Shown piece after piece: positions 39,022 to 49,013 of a stretch of DNA of 64,000 bases. The translations under genes and the position numbers were made by a program. Source of the DNA: Andalucia godoyi And28 (taxonomy: Eukaryota > Protista > Jakobida); assembly GCA_009859145.1 (NCBI GenBank), contig VRVR01000046.1, forward strand, positions 124,001 through 188,000, read 5' to 3'. Positions within the stretch are counted from its first letter, which is position 1; every line of letters starts with the position of its first letter. The notes under the pieces were generated by a model. The model was not told the DNA's origin. It was given only the letters and a program-made list of their open reading frames with translations, and did no database searches.

Positions 39022-39385
39022 AAGGGAGCTCTGGCTTCACGTGCAAGCCCCCCTTTTTTTCTTCTTCATGTACATTTGCAAGTGTCTCACTGATTCTGGT
39101 ATCAATACATTTTTCTAGAGCTGTACACAACGAGAGTTTTTTATGCGCACAATCTTGGGCATACAGCCCATTTGCATTTCGCAGTTTGTCGAAGCACACA
39201 TGCGTTGTTTTCTTGTGACCTTGTTTTGCAAATTCATCGAACGATGAAGACGAGGTTGGTAGGAAGCCAATAAATGCGGGTCGATAGTGCAGTGTTCGTT
39301 TTTTCAAGATTGTCCGCCGTGTTCTTTCGCACTTTTGCCTTTGGCTCTCACACGATTGCGGCAATGTCTTTTCTTCTTCTGTCAT
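39008..39385 (-). CDS. Possible small hypothetical protein
   Basis: 125-aa ATG ORF (MTEEEKTLP...) fills the TBC/MoxR-like gap and overlaps the TBC stop codon by 14 nt. Confidence 0.3.
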   Translation of the reverse strand: MTEEEKTLPQSCESQRQKCERTRRTILKKRTLHYRPAFIGFLPTSSSSFDEFAKQGHKKTTHVCFDKLRNANGLYAQDCAHKKLSLCTALEKCIDTRISETLANVHEEEKKGGLHVKPELPFSNA

Positions 39386-39469
39386 GTCTCGGCCAGTAAT
39401 AACAATCACAATCCTAACCATTATCATGATTATGATGTTAAGTCAGTTGAAAAACGCTCGGATTTAATA

Positions 39470-41326
39470 TCATGTATGCACGGCATCTGCCGGAAACTCA
39501 ATCAATTGTTTCCAAACAGGAGCGCGAACAGAACTGGCCACAGCTTCTACCAACAGACGATTGCTAGAAACTGTGAATGTGTATTTCGGAAGGGATATGT
39601 TATCTGTGTCCGGAATGGACCCCGAGGCTGGTGCGAACTGCATCAACGATTCGCCGTACCGCGTAACTCTCTCGTAGAGGATAAATTCGACATCCTGGTC
39701 TTTCTGCGGCTCGGCATCAAGCCGCAGCTCGGTGTACGGCCCTCCTTCGTGCCCGTCAGCGTCTTCATCGGGATCATCGAGCAAATCTTCTTCCGTCATA
39801 TCTGAATATGAACGATGTAATCCGCCTCGGTTATAGGGAACAGAAAGTCTTTTTCGCGGCTCCGCAGTCCCATGAGACGCAGCAGCGGCAACCTTGATCA
39901 CGGTTTGATTAAAATACAGCAATGGACATCGACGGACGCGAATTCTGTGGGACAAGACAGCGGGGCAAAGAGCGCGAACCACATCAGGAGTCAGTTGCTT
40001 GGACGCCCAAGTATCCCCTTTCGACAGAGGAACTCGTGAAGAGTTCATAACAATCTGATAGGCCTTCAGAAATCTGAGCAGCAACAGATGCGCCGAAGGT
40101 GGCAGGGCCCGATCGACTTGAGGATGCGTTCTGAGGGTGACACAGATCTGTCGGCAAAAGTGTTCGACGTCAAACATTAGGAATGGATTCTTCTTGTCCA
40201 TTTTTTCCGCAAACGCGTTATACTCCTGAGATGAAATTGATCTGTTCGGAGTAACAGGGGCGACGAGAAAGTCTGTGGGTAACAAAGCTGACGCAAGGAA
40301 GCGCTCCGCGACAGGAGGGACCAAGAAGCATTTTGGCTGGAATGCAATTGTCGCAACAATCATGCTCCTCCTGGGAAGCTGAATGCACTTTCCATTGACA
40401 ACCACGCACTTGTTTGCAAAGACTTCCATTAAAGCGGATTGCGTACGCTCACTGCAGAGATCAATTCCATGAAGCAAAAAGACGTACTTGGACGCGGCAG
40501 ACGGATCGGCGACGGCAATGGACCGCGTAGGCTTCGCGCCAATTGGCCCAGAGTTGGTTCCAATGCGATCTGAATGGGAGTGTACACTTCCAGGGGACCG
40601 CAACACAGCCAGATTACCCTGATGTGAAAAGCCAGCTGGCCCACCCGACTCAGACGCGACATACACCGAGTCCCAGGAATCATCAGAAGACGCGTCATCT
40701 GTCGGACGCGATGCCCCGAGAGCAGCAGCCGTCAATCCGTATGCATTTCCCTTCGCTCGCAGATCATCATCGACAGCAGACTGCATCGCAGACCCTGCGT
40801 TATGAGAACTCGTCGGTGGCGATGCCTCTGAAATGGTGATCCCAGCAGCCAATCGACTGCGAGTCGGATCTCTGTGCTCACCTACTTTTGCTTTCATCAT
40901 CGCCACAGCATGGAGTGCAGCCGTGAATTTGCCGGCATGACCGCTTCTTCCGCTTGGGGGGATCAAGCTAGACGCACCTCCTCCTGGTGCTGCTGATAAG
41001 GAATGAAGATTTGCAGTAGACGAATTCACAGACGGGCTGTTCCTACCGGAAGTCGGAATGGAAATTGCACTTAACGGATTCGTCTGACTCTTAGTCGCAA
41101 GATTCGTCGAATACGCAAACCAGTAGAATAGATCTTCGACCCGCAAAGAATCCGAACACACAAGAGAGAAACAGACACACGGAAGCTGGGAAACAATGAA
41201 GCTCTGCAGATATCGACCTGATTCAGACATCGACAGCGTGCCGCTGGATGCGAGACGCGATCCGTCCATCAGAAGATGGTCTTCACATAGAGCTGTGAAC
41301 AGAAGCGTTCGCGATAGTTCTTCCAT
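39470..41326 (-). CDS. Degenerate MoxR-type AAA+ protein with a large disordered insertion
   Basis: LLFTALCEDHLLMDG (cf. LLxALLAGGHVLLEG), FLLHGIDLCSERTQSALMEV...LPRRSMIVAT (cf. DEINRASPKTQSALLE..LP.PF.VIAT), lid LLRFLKAY..LTPDVVRALCPAVLSHRI. Walker A and B are substituted. Confidence 0.7.
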   Translation of the reverse strand: MEELSRTLLFTALCEDHLLMDGSRLASSGTLSMSESGRYLQSFIVSQLPCVCFSLVCSDSLRVEDLFYWFAYSTNLATKSQTNPLSAISIPTSGRNSPSVNSSTANLHSLSAAPGGGASSLIPPSGRSGHAGKFTAALHAVAMMKAKVGEHRDPTRSRLAAGITISEASPPTSSHNAGSAMQSAVDDDLRAKGNAYGLTAAALGASRPTDDASSDDSWDSVYVASESGGPAGFSHQGNLAVLRSPGSVHSHSDRIGTNSGPIGAKPTRSIAVADPSAASKYVFLLHGIDLCSERTQSALMEVFANKCVVVNGKCIQLPRRSMIVATIAFQPKCFLVPPVAERFLASALLPTDFLVAPVTPNRSISSQEYNAFAEKMDKKNPFLMFDVEHFCRQICVTLRTHPQVDRALPPSAHLLLLRFLKAYQIVMNSSRVPLSKGDTWASKQLTPDVVRALCPAVLSHRIRVRRCPLLYFNQTVIKVAAAASHGTAEPRKRLSVPYNRGGLHRSYSDMTEEDLLDDPDEDADGHEGGPYTELRLDAEPQKDQDVEFILYERVTRYGESLMQFAPASGSIPDTDNISLPKYTFTVSSNRLLVEAVASSVRAPVWKQLIEFPADAVHT

Positions 41327-41652
41327 ATGTGCGTACCCCCGCGGTTGTCAAAAATAATAACAAAATATAAAATACTAATAATCATCAGGGGAAAAAAAAA
41401 TATACAGAAAAACATCAAACTCTTTCAAAAACGAATGTTTGAAAAAAACGAAAAGCAAAAAGAAAGCCGAAGATTGCAGAGAGAAAAGCTTGCGACTTAC
41501 GACAGTCGACAGCGCCGCCGGCAACGCATGCAGGAACGCAGAGCGAAGGAAGGGCAGAGTGTGCCACAGAAAGGAGCAGACGAAAACACACAAAACGTCG
41601 GCACTTACCATGTAGTAATAATAGTCATAATAATAAAAAATGCCACTGCTGA

Positions 41653-44346
41653 TCAATCACGGAATGTTAATTTGGCTAACAGATCCGGCGGTAACATGGC
41701 CTCCAGGTCCATCACGGTCAGTCCTCGGGCTTCAGCACGGCACCGCTCTTCCTCGACATATTTTTGCAAAAGCTGTTCATCATAATGGTCGATCAAAACC
41801 GTGATTGCGTTCCCAGCGAACGTTCGAACGACCTCATCTCGATCAGAAGCAGCGGAGGCAGACAATCCTGAAAACAGCGCATGGAACACGGCTTTGTCAA
41901 CAAGTGACGCAAGGACGCCGTCCTCCACGAGGGCATCCAAGATGACTTCAATGGAATAGGCTGCACCACGCCTCAGCGGCTCCATGTCCAGCTCAACACG
42001 TATCATGTCCAAGCACGTGTATAGGATCTGAGTAATGAAAGGATGACTGGCGGCACCACACGTCTTGCACAGCGTTGCAATGTTAGAAATTGCAGAAACG
42101 CGGATATCTACGTTGGGGTCTCGAACGGCTCGGAGGTACGCAGAAAGAAAGAAATGTGCGTATTTGGGAAGCATTTTCCCACTGCGCATTGCAACAAGCA
42201 TCAGACTCTCTCCAAGTTTCAATCTCCGCTTGATGGGCAGAAGCTCATCGTCTGCAGCCACGGGCTCCTCTCTGTGGTGGCTGAACTTGTAGCAAAGTCG
42301 CGGAATGACAAGATCAGGGAAGAAGTCACCCATCATGCTTAATGCTTGAATGCACGACAGGAAAATGTAGGAATCCTCGTCGTCTAAGTGGTTCTCAATA
42401 ATCCCCATTATGTGGTCGATTTCCTCTTCCTGCAAACTTCCTCGATGTTGACGAACGTGTGTCTTCAAACAGTCAAGTGCGAACGCTCGAATCGGGATTG
42501 CTGGATCACGAAGATCCTGCAAAATCGATTCCAAACCAGCATTCGACGTCGCGGCATTCGATGGAGGAATTTCACTTTCAGCAGGCAGCGAGGAAGATTC
42601 TCTGAAACAACGCATCGTCGTTAGCGTCTCTCGGAGAAGCTGCCTTGCGTAGTTTGAAATGAGCGATCCTGCGTCGTCCAACCGCATCACAAGCAGTTGT
42701 TCGATGGAGCCGAAAGCGTTCCAAGAATCCGTCGTCCAGCACTGCGTCATCGACATCGTAAACGTGCCGCAGATCGAACATACGGTGATCAGCATTTCTT
42801 CTTCCAACGTCGAGCTTTGCAGGATGGAAGAAAAGGCACGGAAAAGTCTCGCGGGATCAAACTTCAGCAAATACGGAGAAACGATCACCGCCAGTTCCTC
42901 GATAGAGGACATGATCTGGTCCAGTGAGGCCGACGCTGACTGCAGATATTCCGGCACCAATTCAAGAGACTCTCGAGACGAATGAATCTCGTGGGACAGC
43001 GCAGAGAACTGTTCGAGAAGGTGGCTAAATGCGGAAACACACACGGATTCAGGAAGCGTTTTGAGAATATTAAACACAGCTGCTCGCGAAGACGTTTCTT
43101 CAATGTGCAAGGAGCTTGCGCTCAACAATGCTCCCTCCAGCATCCCGTTTGTGCTCAAAATGGCACGAATTCTGCGGTAGTGTCCAGTGAGGAAGCAGCA
43201 CACCAGTGCATCTCCAATTTGTGGAAGGCCCAAAATATATGACAATGCGCCCACCACTTGTTCTCTATCTTCACCATGGACGACATCCAACAACGAAAGA
43301 AGAGATGAAAAGAGATCGCCACACAGCTGTTTGTGAAGCGGAGCATAGTTTTCAGCATCGAACAGATAGCAGGAACATACGCGTAAAACCGCCGGCACGT
43401 TGCCTGCAGCAATAGAGAAACCAGGAGATAGAATAGGAATTGCACGCATCCAAAAGGACTCGCGCAACGCTTCTGGTTCCTGACTGGACAGCGTCTGCAC
43501 AAGAAATCGTGAAGTGAGAAACAGTTCAGATTCACAGTCATCGACCGTTTCCACAAAGAGCGCCAATTGCTCTGCTAAAGAAACAGCATACTCAACCGAA
43601 GTACATCTCGGAGGTCGAAGAAGCAGAATCAGACTCGCTGTTTTTGCATAGTCCATGCTCGTGGCGCGCAACAGCTGCTTCATGATCGCAAACAACGCGG
43701 CACGATCCTTGACGGTGGTGGAGAGCACGTGTTTGTTGATTTTTCGCAACCACGGAGGCGATGCGCCGTCAGCCATGCCAAGCTGCTCCACAATTACATC
43801 ACCGCTGGAAAACTTGACAAATGCATCCATGTTTCCAACCAATTCTTTCCGGAGTTCTTTGCTCAGAGGGTAGCCAGGCGGGATCTTCAGGCTTTTCGCA
43901 GTGGGATGCGGATGTTGATGTTGGTGATGCTCTTGATACAGGATTTGTGAAAACGCACAAAACAAGTCGATAAAGCACATTTCAATAACAACCTTTCGAA
44001 ATGACTCGGGCTGGATGAGATTTCGGAAAGCATACTGCAAGTGGCTCACCAATTGCACAGAATTGGACATTCTGTGTTCCCGAATGAGCTGCAGCCATGC
44101 ATTCTGAAATCTTTGCTCAAGAGGAATGCCGACACCGACATCCAGGAATCTCGAAATATGCATATACACCCAGCACATCAGAACAACTCGAATGCATGGT
44201 TGCTGCTGCAAGCTGTAATCCGCAAACAGCAACTGGTTGTCTGATGAGTGTTGGACTAACTCTATCACAAGCGTTTGGACAAGGCTCCTTCCTTCCTCTG
44301 GGGTCAGCTTCTCAGGAACCTTGCCAAACAAGAACAGTTGTTCCAT
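41653..44346 (-). CDS. TANGO6: TANGO6 / Rtp1 (RNA polymerase II assembly and import factor)
   Basis: LQDLRDPAIPIRAFAL, HLDDEDSYIFLSCIQAL, RRLKLGESL, VRDPNVDIRVSAISNIATLC, RRGAA; HEAT/ARM repeats. First ATG at MEQLFL. Confidence 0.85.
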   Translation of the reverse strand: MEQLFLFGKVPEKLTPEEGRSLVQTLVIELVQHSSDNQLLFADYSLQQQPCIRVVLMCWVYMHISRFLDVGVGIPLEQRFQNAWLQLIREHRMSNSVQLVSHLQYAFRNLIQPESFRKVVIEMCFIDLFCAFSQILYQEHHQHQHPHPTAKSLKIPPGYPLSKELRKELVGNMDAFVKFSSGDVIVEQLGMADGASPPWLRKINKHVLSTTVKDRAALFAIMKQLLRATSMDYAKTASLILLLRPPRCTSVEYAVSLAEQLALFVETVDDCESELFLTSRFLVQTLSSQEPEALRESFWMRAIPILSPGFSIAAGNVPAVLRVCSCYLFDAENYAPLHKQLCGDLFSSLLSLLDVVHGEDREQVVGALSYILGLPQIGDALVCCFLTGHYRRIRAILSTNGMLEGALLSASSLHIEETSSRAAVFNILKTLPESVCVSAFSHLLEQFSALSHEIHSSRESLELVPEYLQSASASLDQIMSSIEELAVIVSPYLLKFDPARLFRAFSSILQSSTLEEEMLITVCSICGTFTMSMTQCWTTDSWNAFGSIEQLLVMRLDDAGSLISNYARQLLRETLTTMRCFRESSSLPAESEIPPSNAATSNAGLESILQDLRDPAIPIRAFALDCLKTHVRQHRGSLQEEEIDHIMGIIENHLDDEDSYIFLSCIQALSMMGDFFPDLVIPRLCYKFSHHREEPVAADDELLPIKRRLKLGESLMLVAMRSGKMLPKYAHFFLSAYLRAVRDPNVDIRVSAISNIATLCKTCGAASHPFITQILYTCLDMIRVELDMEPLRRGAAYSIEVILDALVEDGVLASLVDKAVFHALFSGLSASAASDRDEVVRTFAGNAITVLIDHYDEQLLQKYVEEERCRAEARGLTVMDLEAMLPPDLLAKLTFRD

Positions 44347-44380
44347 GATTTCAACCGCACGCACGCACGCAAGTTATCAA

Positions 44381-44400
44381 AAGAGAGAGAGAGAGAGAGA

Positions 44401-44441
<41 letters not shown>
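44381..44441. repeat. (GA)n microsatellite
   Basis: Seen directly in the TANGO6/aminopeptidase divergent promoter. Confidence 0.95.
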
Positions 44442-44443
<2 letters not shown>

Positions 44444-44677
44444 GGAAACACAAGGAAGTCGGGTCTTTCGCGGTCTTTCCAACATGAGGCGGCCTTTTCC
44501 TTTGATTCACACGCGATTGAGTAGGCAGACTCATGTTGCTGATCTTGAAGCAAAAAAGACGAGAAAAAATATTGTCCGACAAACTAACCCGTTCTCCGAC
44601 GCTTCTCCAGAAGCCTTGATTGGCTCTTCACCTTTCCACTTCTCCACTATCCGGCTCACCATGGTCAGCGACGTCGG

Positions 44678-46606
44678 ATGCTCTTTTCACTTTGTCGGCG
44701 TAGTTTTTCACGAGTTGCATCGTACCATTTTCCTCTCCGAGCCCTCTCCACCATGAACCCTGTCAATTCAAAGCTGGCGGCTTTGCGCGCCTCAATTGCA
44801 AATGCGAACCTGGATGCACTTATTGTGCCACCGAACGATGCCCACAGCTCGGAGTATGTTGCGCGTTGTGACGCACGACGGGCATATGTTTCCGGATTCA
44901 CGGGGTCAGCTGGAATTGCGCTCATTACGTCTTCGGAAGCGCTGCTGTGGACTGATGGTCGCTACTTCCTGCAAGCAGCCAACCAATTGGAGCCGGGTTG
45001 GAAGCTGATGAAGATGGGTGTGGACGTCGCGATGTCTGGGTGGGTCGCACACAATCTCAAAGGAAAGAAAGTTGGAGTGGATGCAAATCTCACATCATCT
45101 TCGCAGTTTGCGGAATGGAACACCGCGTGGGGGCCATCCGACATCGCCCTTGCAGCACTGACTGGAAAGAACCTCGTTGACAGCGTCTGGGAAGTTGATG
45201 ACGCGCAGCCGAAGCCGGGAATCCCGAGTTCGGAGATTTTCGTGCACCCTATCGAATTTTCTGGAGTAACCATGCAGGAAAAGGTCTTTGCCTTGCTCGC
45301 TCGTATGCGCACTCATCAAGTGGACGCAGTAGTTGTGTCCGCTCTGGACGAAGTTGCCTGGCTTTTGAATCTTCGCGGTGCCGACGTGGACTACAACCCT
45401 GTTTTCTGGGCATACGTTTTTGTGTCCAATGATGGGCTGCATGTTTTCTTGCGCGACGGGCTAGCTTCCCTTCCGGATGCAGTGCAAGCGCACTTGCAGG
45501 CTTGCCAGTCCTTTCCTGTTGCAGTCTTGCCCTATGACCATGCTTCCAAGACCATTGCGGAGCTTTCTGCAAAGCATAAGCATGTATACTACAATCCTGA
45601 GCAGTTAAACTATGAGATTGCATCTGTCATCGGCGAAAAGAAGTGCATTCCAAGTGGATGGAAAACGTCTCCGATCTGCTCGATGAAAGCGGTTAAGAGC
45701 GCCACGGAAATTGCAGGTATGAAGAATGCGCACAGGAGGGACGCAGTCGCCCTGGCTCGCCTGTTCCATTGGCTTGAGACTGAATTGGAGACGATTCCAA
45801 ATTCTGAAGAATTGACAGAACACCGCGTCGGAATGAAGCTGGAAGGTTTCCGCAAGGAACTTCCTAACTTCAAATCCTTGAGTTTTGGGACCATCGCCGG
45901 CTCTGGCCCCAATGGCGCCATCATTCACTACAAGCCTGCCGCGGAGACGTGTGCGCGGGTTTCTCGACGAATGTTCCTACTCGATTCGGGAGCTCAGTTT
46001 CTTGATGGCACGACGGATGTGACGCGGACGGTGCATCTGGGCGAACCGTCCGCGTATGAGAAAGAGTGTTTTACTCGGGTTCTCAAAGGCCACATCGGAA
46101 TTGCGCGGTCGGTGTTCCCGTCTGGCACGACCGGGTTCAGTCTTGATGTGTTTGCTCGCGAGCATCTGTGGCGCGTTGGGCTCGACTATCGACATGGTAC
46201 GGGACACGGAGTTGGCTCGTTTTTGAATGTTCACGAAGGCCCCCATGGAATATCCACGCGAACCGGGCATCTTAATTTTCCGATGGAGCCTGGTATGGTT
46301 GTGTCCAACGAGCCTGGATATTACGAAGACGGTAATTTTGGAATTCGAATTGAAAATCTTGTCCTCTGCACCAGTGTGCAGACGAAGTACTCTTTTGGTG
46401 AAATGCGCTTCTATGGTTTTGAGGAGCTTACATTGTATCCGCTCGATCGGAAATTGATTGACGTCGATCTCCTGAACAGAGACGAGATCGAATGGGTGAA
46501 CGCTTATCATGCACGATGTGCTCGCGAAGTCGCCCCATTAGTTCGTCAGTTTGCTGGAGCGGATGTTGAGCAATGGTTTCTGGAAAAGTGCAAGAGCATC
46601 CAGTGA
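44678..46606 (+). CDS. XPNPEP1: Xaa-Pro aminopeptidase P (XPNPEP1-like) with putative mitochondrial presequence
   Basis: DAHSSEY, SGFTGSAG, WTDGRYFLQA, LLDSGAQFLDGTTDVTRT, HGTGHGVG..VHEGP, SNEPGYY, GIRIEN. Confidence 0.95.
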   Translation: MLFSLCRRSFSRVASYHFPLRALSTMNPVNSKLAALRASIANANLDALIVPPNDAHSSEYVARCDARRAYVSGFTGSAGIALITSSEALLWTDGRYFLQAANQLEPGWKLMKMGVDVAMSGWVAHNLKGKKVGVDANLTSSSQFAEWNTAWGPSDIALAALTGKNLVDSVWEVDDAQPKPGIPSSEIFVHPIEFSGVTMQEKVFALLARMRTHQVDAVVVSALDEVAWLLNLRGADVDYNPVFWAYVFVSNDGLHVFLRDGLASLPDAVQAHLQACQSFPVAVLPYDHASKTIAELSAKHKHVYYNPEQLNYEIASVIGEKKCIPSGWKTSPICSMKAVKSATEIAGMKNAHRRDAVALARLFHWLETELETIPNSEELTEHRVGMKLEGFRKELPNFKSLSFGTIAGSGPNGAIIHYKPAAETCARVSRRMFLLDSGAQFLDGTTDVTRTVHLGEPSAYEKECFTRVLKGHIGIARSVFPSGTTGFSLDVFAREHLWRVGLDYRHGTGHGVGSFLNVHEGPHGISTRTGHLNFPMEPGMVVSNEPGYYEDGNFGIRIENLVLCTSVQTKYSFGEMRFYGFEELTLYPLDRKLIDVDLLNRDEIEWVNAYHARCAREVAPLVRQFAGADVEQWFLEKCKSIQ

Positions 46607-46714
46607 AAATAAAAATATGTTGAAGTTTATGCAAGTTAAAAAGAATCAGAGCAGAAGAAAATGAAATTGTTTTGGAAACTCCTTGGGTGCCGGTGAGCAA
46701 GTGCCCCGAACGCA

Positions 46715-48580
46715 TCAATTCGCGTGGCGATAAAGGGCTGCTGATTTCCGGTATGCCAAGAAAGACCCAACTGCTGCAGCAGTAGCGACAACAAGCCCTG
46801 AAACCGCCAGTCCGATGCCAGCGATGGCGAGACCCTTTGTGCTACTGTCCGCAGAAGAACCTGGTGCGTACGTGGATGGGCAGTTCAAGCACGCAGAATT
46901 CGGCAACAGCAACTGGGCATAGGCGCCAATCTGGTTCACGTCCCAGAGATCACAGCGAGAAGAATACACAGCTGCAAAGGATGCGCCATACAGCTTCTTC
47001 CCAACATCCAAAATCATGATCTCTTCAAGGACGGAGGTGTACTGGGGCCACATGGAATCCATGTCCGCGTACTCGTCCATACTTACAATCGAGTTGGGAT
47101 TGCCGACGCTTTCTGCAAAATTGAGCCAGAACCGCTGCATGCGATCCGAGAGCTGCTGCTCATCGGGATCAAAGGACGTCACGAGATGTCCCGAGGATGG
47201 GAGGTTGCCAAAAACGAATGGAATCTCTGCACCATGAAACGCTCCGGTGTCGTTGTACTTTGCAAGTGCTCCATGCCTTGGGCCGTGTACAAAGGAGTAT
47301 GCAAACACCGCAGCACCCGAGCGCGAGAATGAGCGGATGGCGCTTCTCGCAGGACAAATGAAGAACTTCTCCGACGCCATTGTTATGAATGCTTCCTTGG
47401 GTGACGGAAAATTTTCCACCGCGTACGTTTGCTGCAACTCTGGGCTGTCCACTGCCCAGACATCCCGCAGCAATGACGTGTACGTTGCGGCCGTCATGCC
47501 TCCAATTGCAGGATCACTGTACGCGAAATACGACATTTCCCTTCGATTGGTACCAATCATTACAGGTACTGGTGCAAATGAGCCGACGGCAAGGCGCTGT
47601 CCGATAGAAAGACCACCACGATCCGGAAGATTGAAGCCCTCTGAACCCGGCAGCAACTGCGAAGGAAAGAATACATCCGAAGTTCCAGAATTTGAGAATG
47701 CAGCTTCGATTTCTGAAGGGCTCAGTGTTCGCAGACATGCATTCAACAGATCGGGCTGCGTAGTTTGGTTGGCACATCTTGTGTACGCAACAAACATTGC
47801 TCCATTCTCAAACCGAACAGTACCATTGTTGGCCACAACATTGCACGATCCGCTCTCCATTATAGCGGCATGGAAGAGCCCACTGGACTGGGGAGACATA
47901 ATGTGAAGGCAAGTTTGGATTGCGCCAGCACTTTCGCCAAACAGTGTGACTCGGTTCGGATCTCCGCCGAACGCGGCAATATTTGATCGAACCCATTGCA
48001 GCGCAGCTCGCTGATCCTCAAATCCGTACATACCCGAGGAAAACCTTCCCGGATTCTCGTTCGACAGCGACGGAAGAGCAAGATAGCCGTACGGACCAAC
48101 GCGGTAGTGCAGAGTCACAACAATCACCGAGTTTCGCAACGAAACAAGTTTGCCGCCGTCATAATCAACAGTGTCGGGACTTGCAGCCAGGAAGCTTCCG
48201 CCCACAATCCAAACCATCACAGGAATCCTGCCAGATACCGGTGTCGAGGGCGCCCATACATTGAGATACAAGCAATCTTCCGAACCCGTGGAAGCGTAGT
48301 GTAAACATGAGGGTTTGAATGCCGTCGCATCCTGGATCAGAGAACGATTGACATTCCTGAGTGGAAACGGAGACATGAATCGGAGCGGCCCAACAGGCGG
48401 CTCAGCAAACGGAATTCCTTTCCACGCGAACGCTCCAGAAGGCTGAACAGACCCTCGAAACGTACCGGACGTCGTTTCCACAATCAGAGAACCCGCAACG
48501 CAAACATGCAGCGCTGAAATCACCAATGACACTACAACACACAGAATCCTCTTCCTCCAAGTATCCTCTGTGATTACCAT
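46715..48580 (-). CDS. Type-B carboxylesterase (alpha/beta hydrolase), membrane anchored
   Basis: WKGIPFAEPPVGPLRF, EDCLYLNVW, VTLHYRVG, FGGDPNRVTLFGESAG (catalytic Ser), FHGAEIPFVFG (catalytic His); hydrophobic N- and C-terminal segments. Confidence 0.93.
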   Translation of the reverse strand: MVITEDTWRKRILCVVVSLVISALHVCVAGSLIVETTSGTFRGSVQPSGAFAWKGIPFAEPPVGPLRFMSPFPLRNVNRSLIQDATAFKPSCLHYASTGSEDCLYLNVWAPSTPVSGRIPVMVWIVGGSFLAASPDTVDYDGGKLVSLRNSVIVVTLHYRVGPYGYLALPSLSNENPGRFSSGMYGFEDQRAALQWVRSNIAAFGGDPNRVTLFGESAGAIQTCLHIMSPQSSGLFHAAIMESGSCNVVANNGTVRFENGAMFVAYTRCANQTTQPDLLNACLRTLSPSEIEAAFSNSGTSDVFFPSQLLPGSEGFNLPDRGGLSIGQRLAVGSFAPVPVMIGTNRREMSYFAYSDPAIGGMTAATYTSLLRDVWAVDSPELQQTYAVENFPSPKEAFITMASEKFFICPARSAIRSFSRSGAAVFAYSFVHGPRHGALAKYNDTGAFHGAEIPFVFGNLPSSGHLVTSFDPDEQQLSDRMQRFWLNFAESVGNPNSIVSMDEYADMDSMWPQYTSVLEEIMILDVGKKLYGASFAAVYSSRCDLWDVNQIGAYAQLLLPNSACLNCPSTYAPGSSADSSTKGLAIAGIGLAVSGLVVATAAAVGSFLAYRKSAALYRHAN

Positions 48581-49013
48581 TTCTTTTCTTCTTCTTTTTT
48601 AAAAAAACGCAAATTCGCACCTTTCTTGTTTATGTGTTTATAATACTTTCTTTTCCCGTGGTCCTTGCCTTGTCCCTGCCAGTTGCCACACAGAGGAGGA
48701 TGGGGGAAAAAAAAAAAGAAAGGAAAAAAAGGAAAGAAAAAGGTTCCAAACTCTGTTTTGCACGTAGCTTCGATCGAGTTTCATTCTTTTTTGAACAAAA
48801 GGCACACATACGAAATAGGAAAACTCTTCCCGAACAATTGCTTCACCAGTCACTATAGCACACAGCACATCAGACGAACACGGTGCCAAGACAAGAAAAG
48901 AAAAACAACAATACGCAGAGTTTTGGAGGAGCTCTGGTTTTGGGACTTGGGGTTGGTAAAAATGACAAGTTTACTTTCTCATCCCCGCTCCTCTATTTCC
49001 GGTGCCGATGTGT

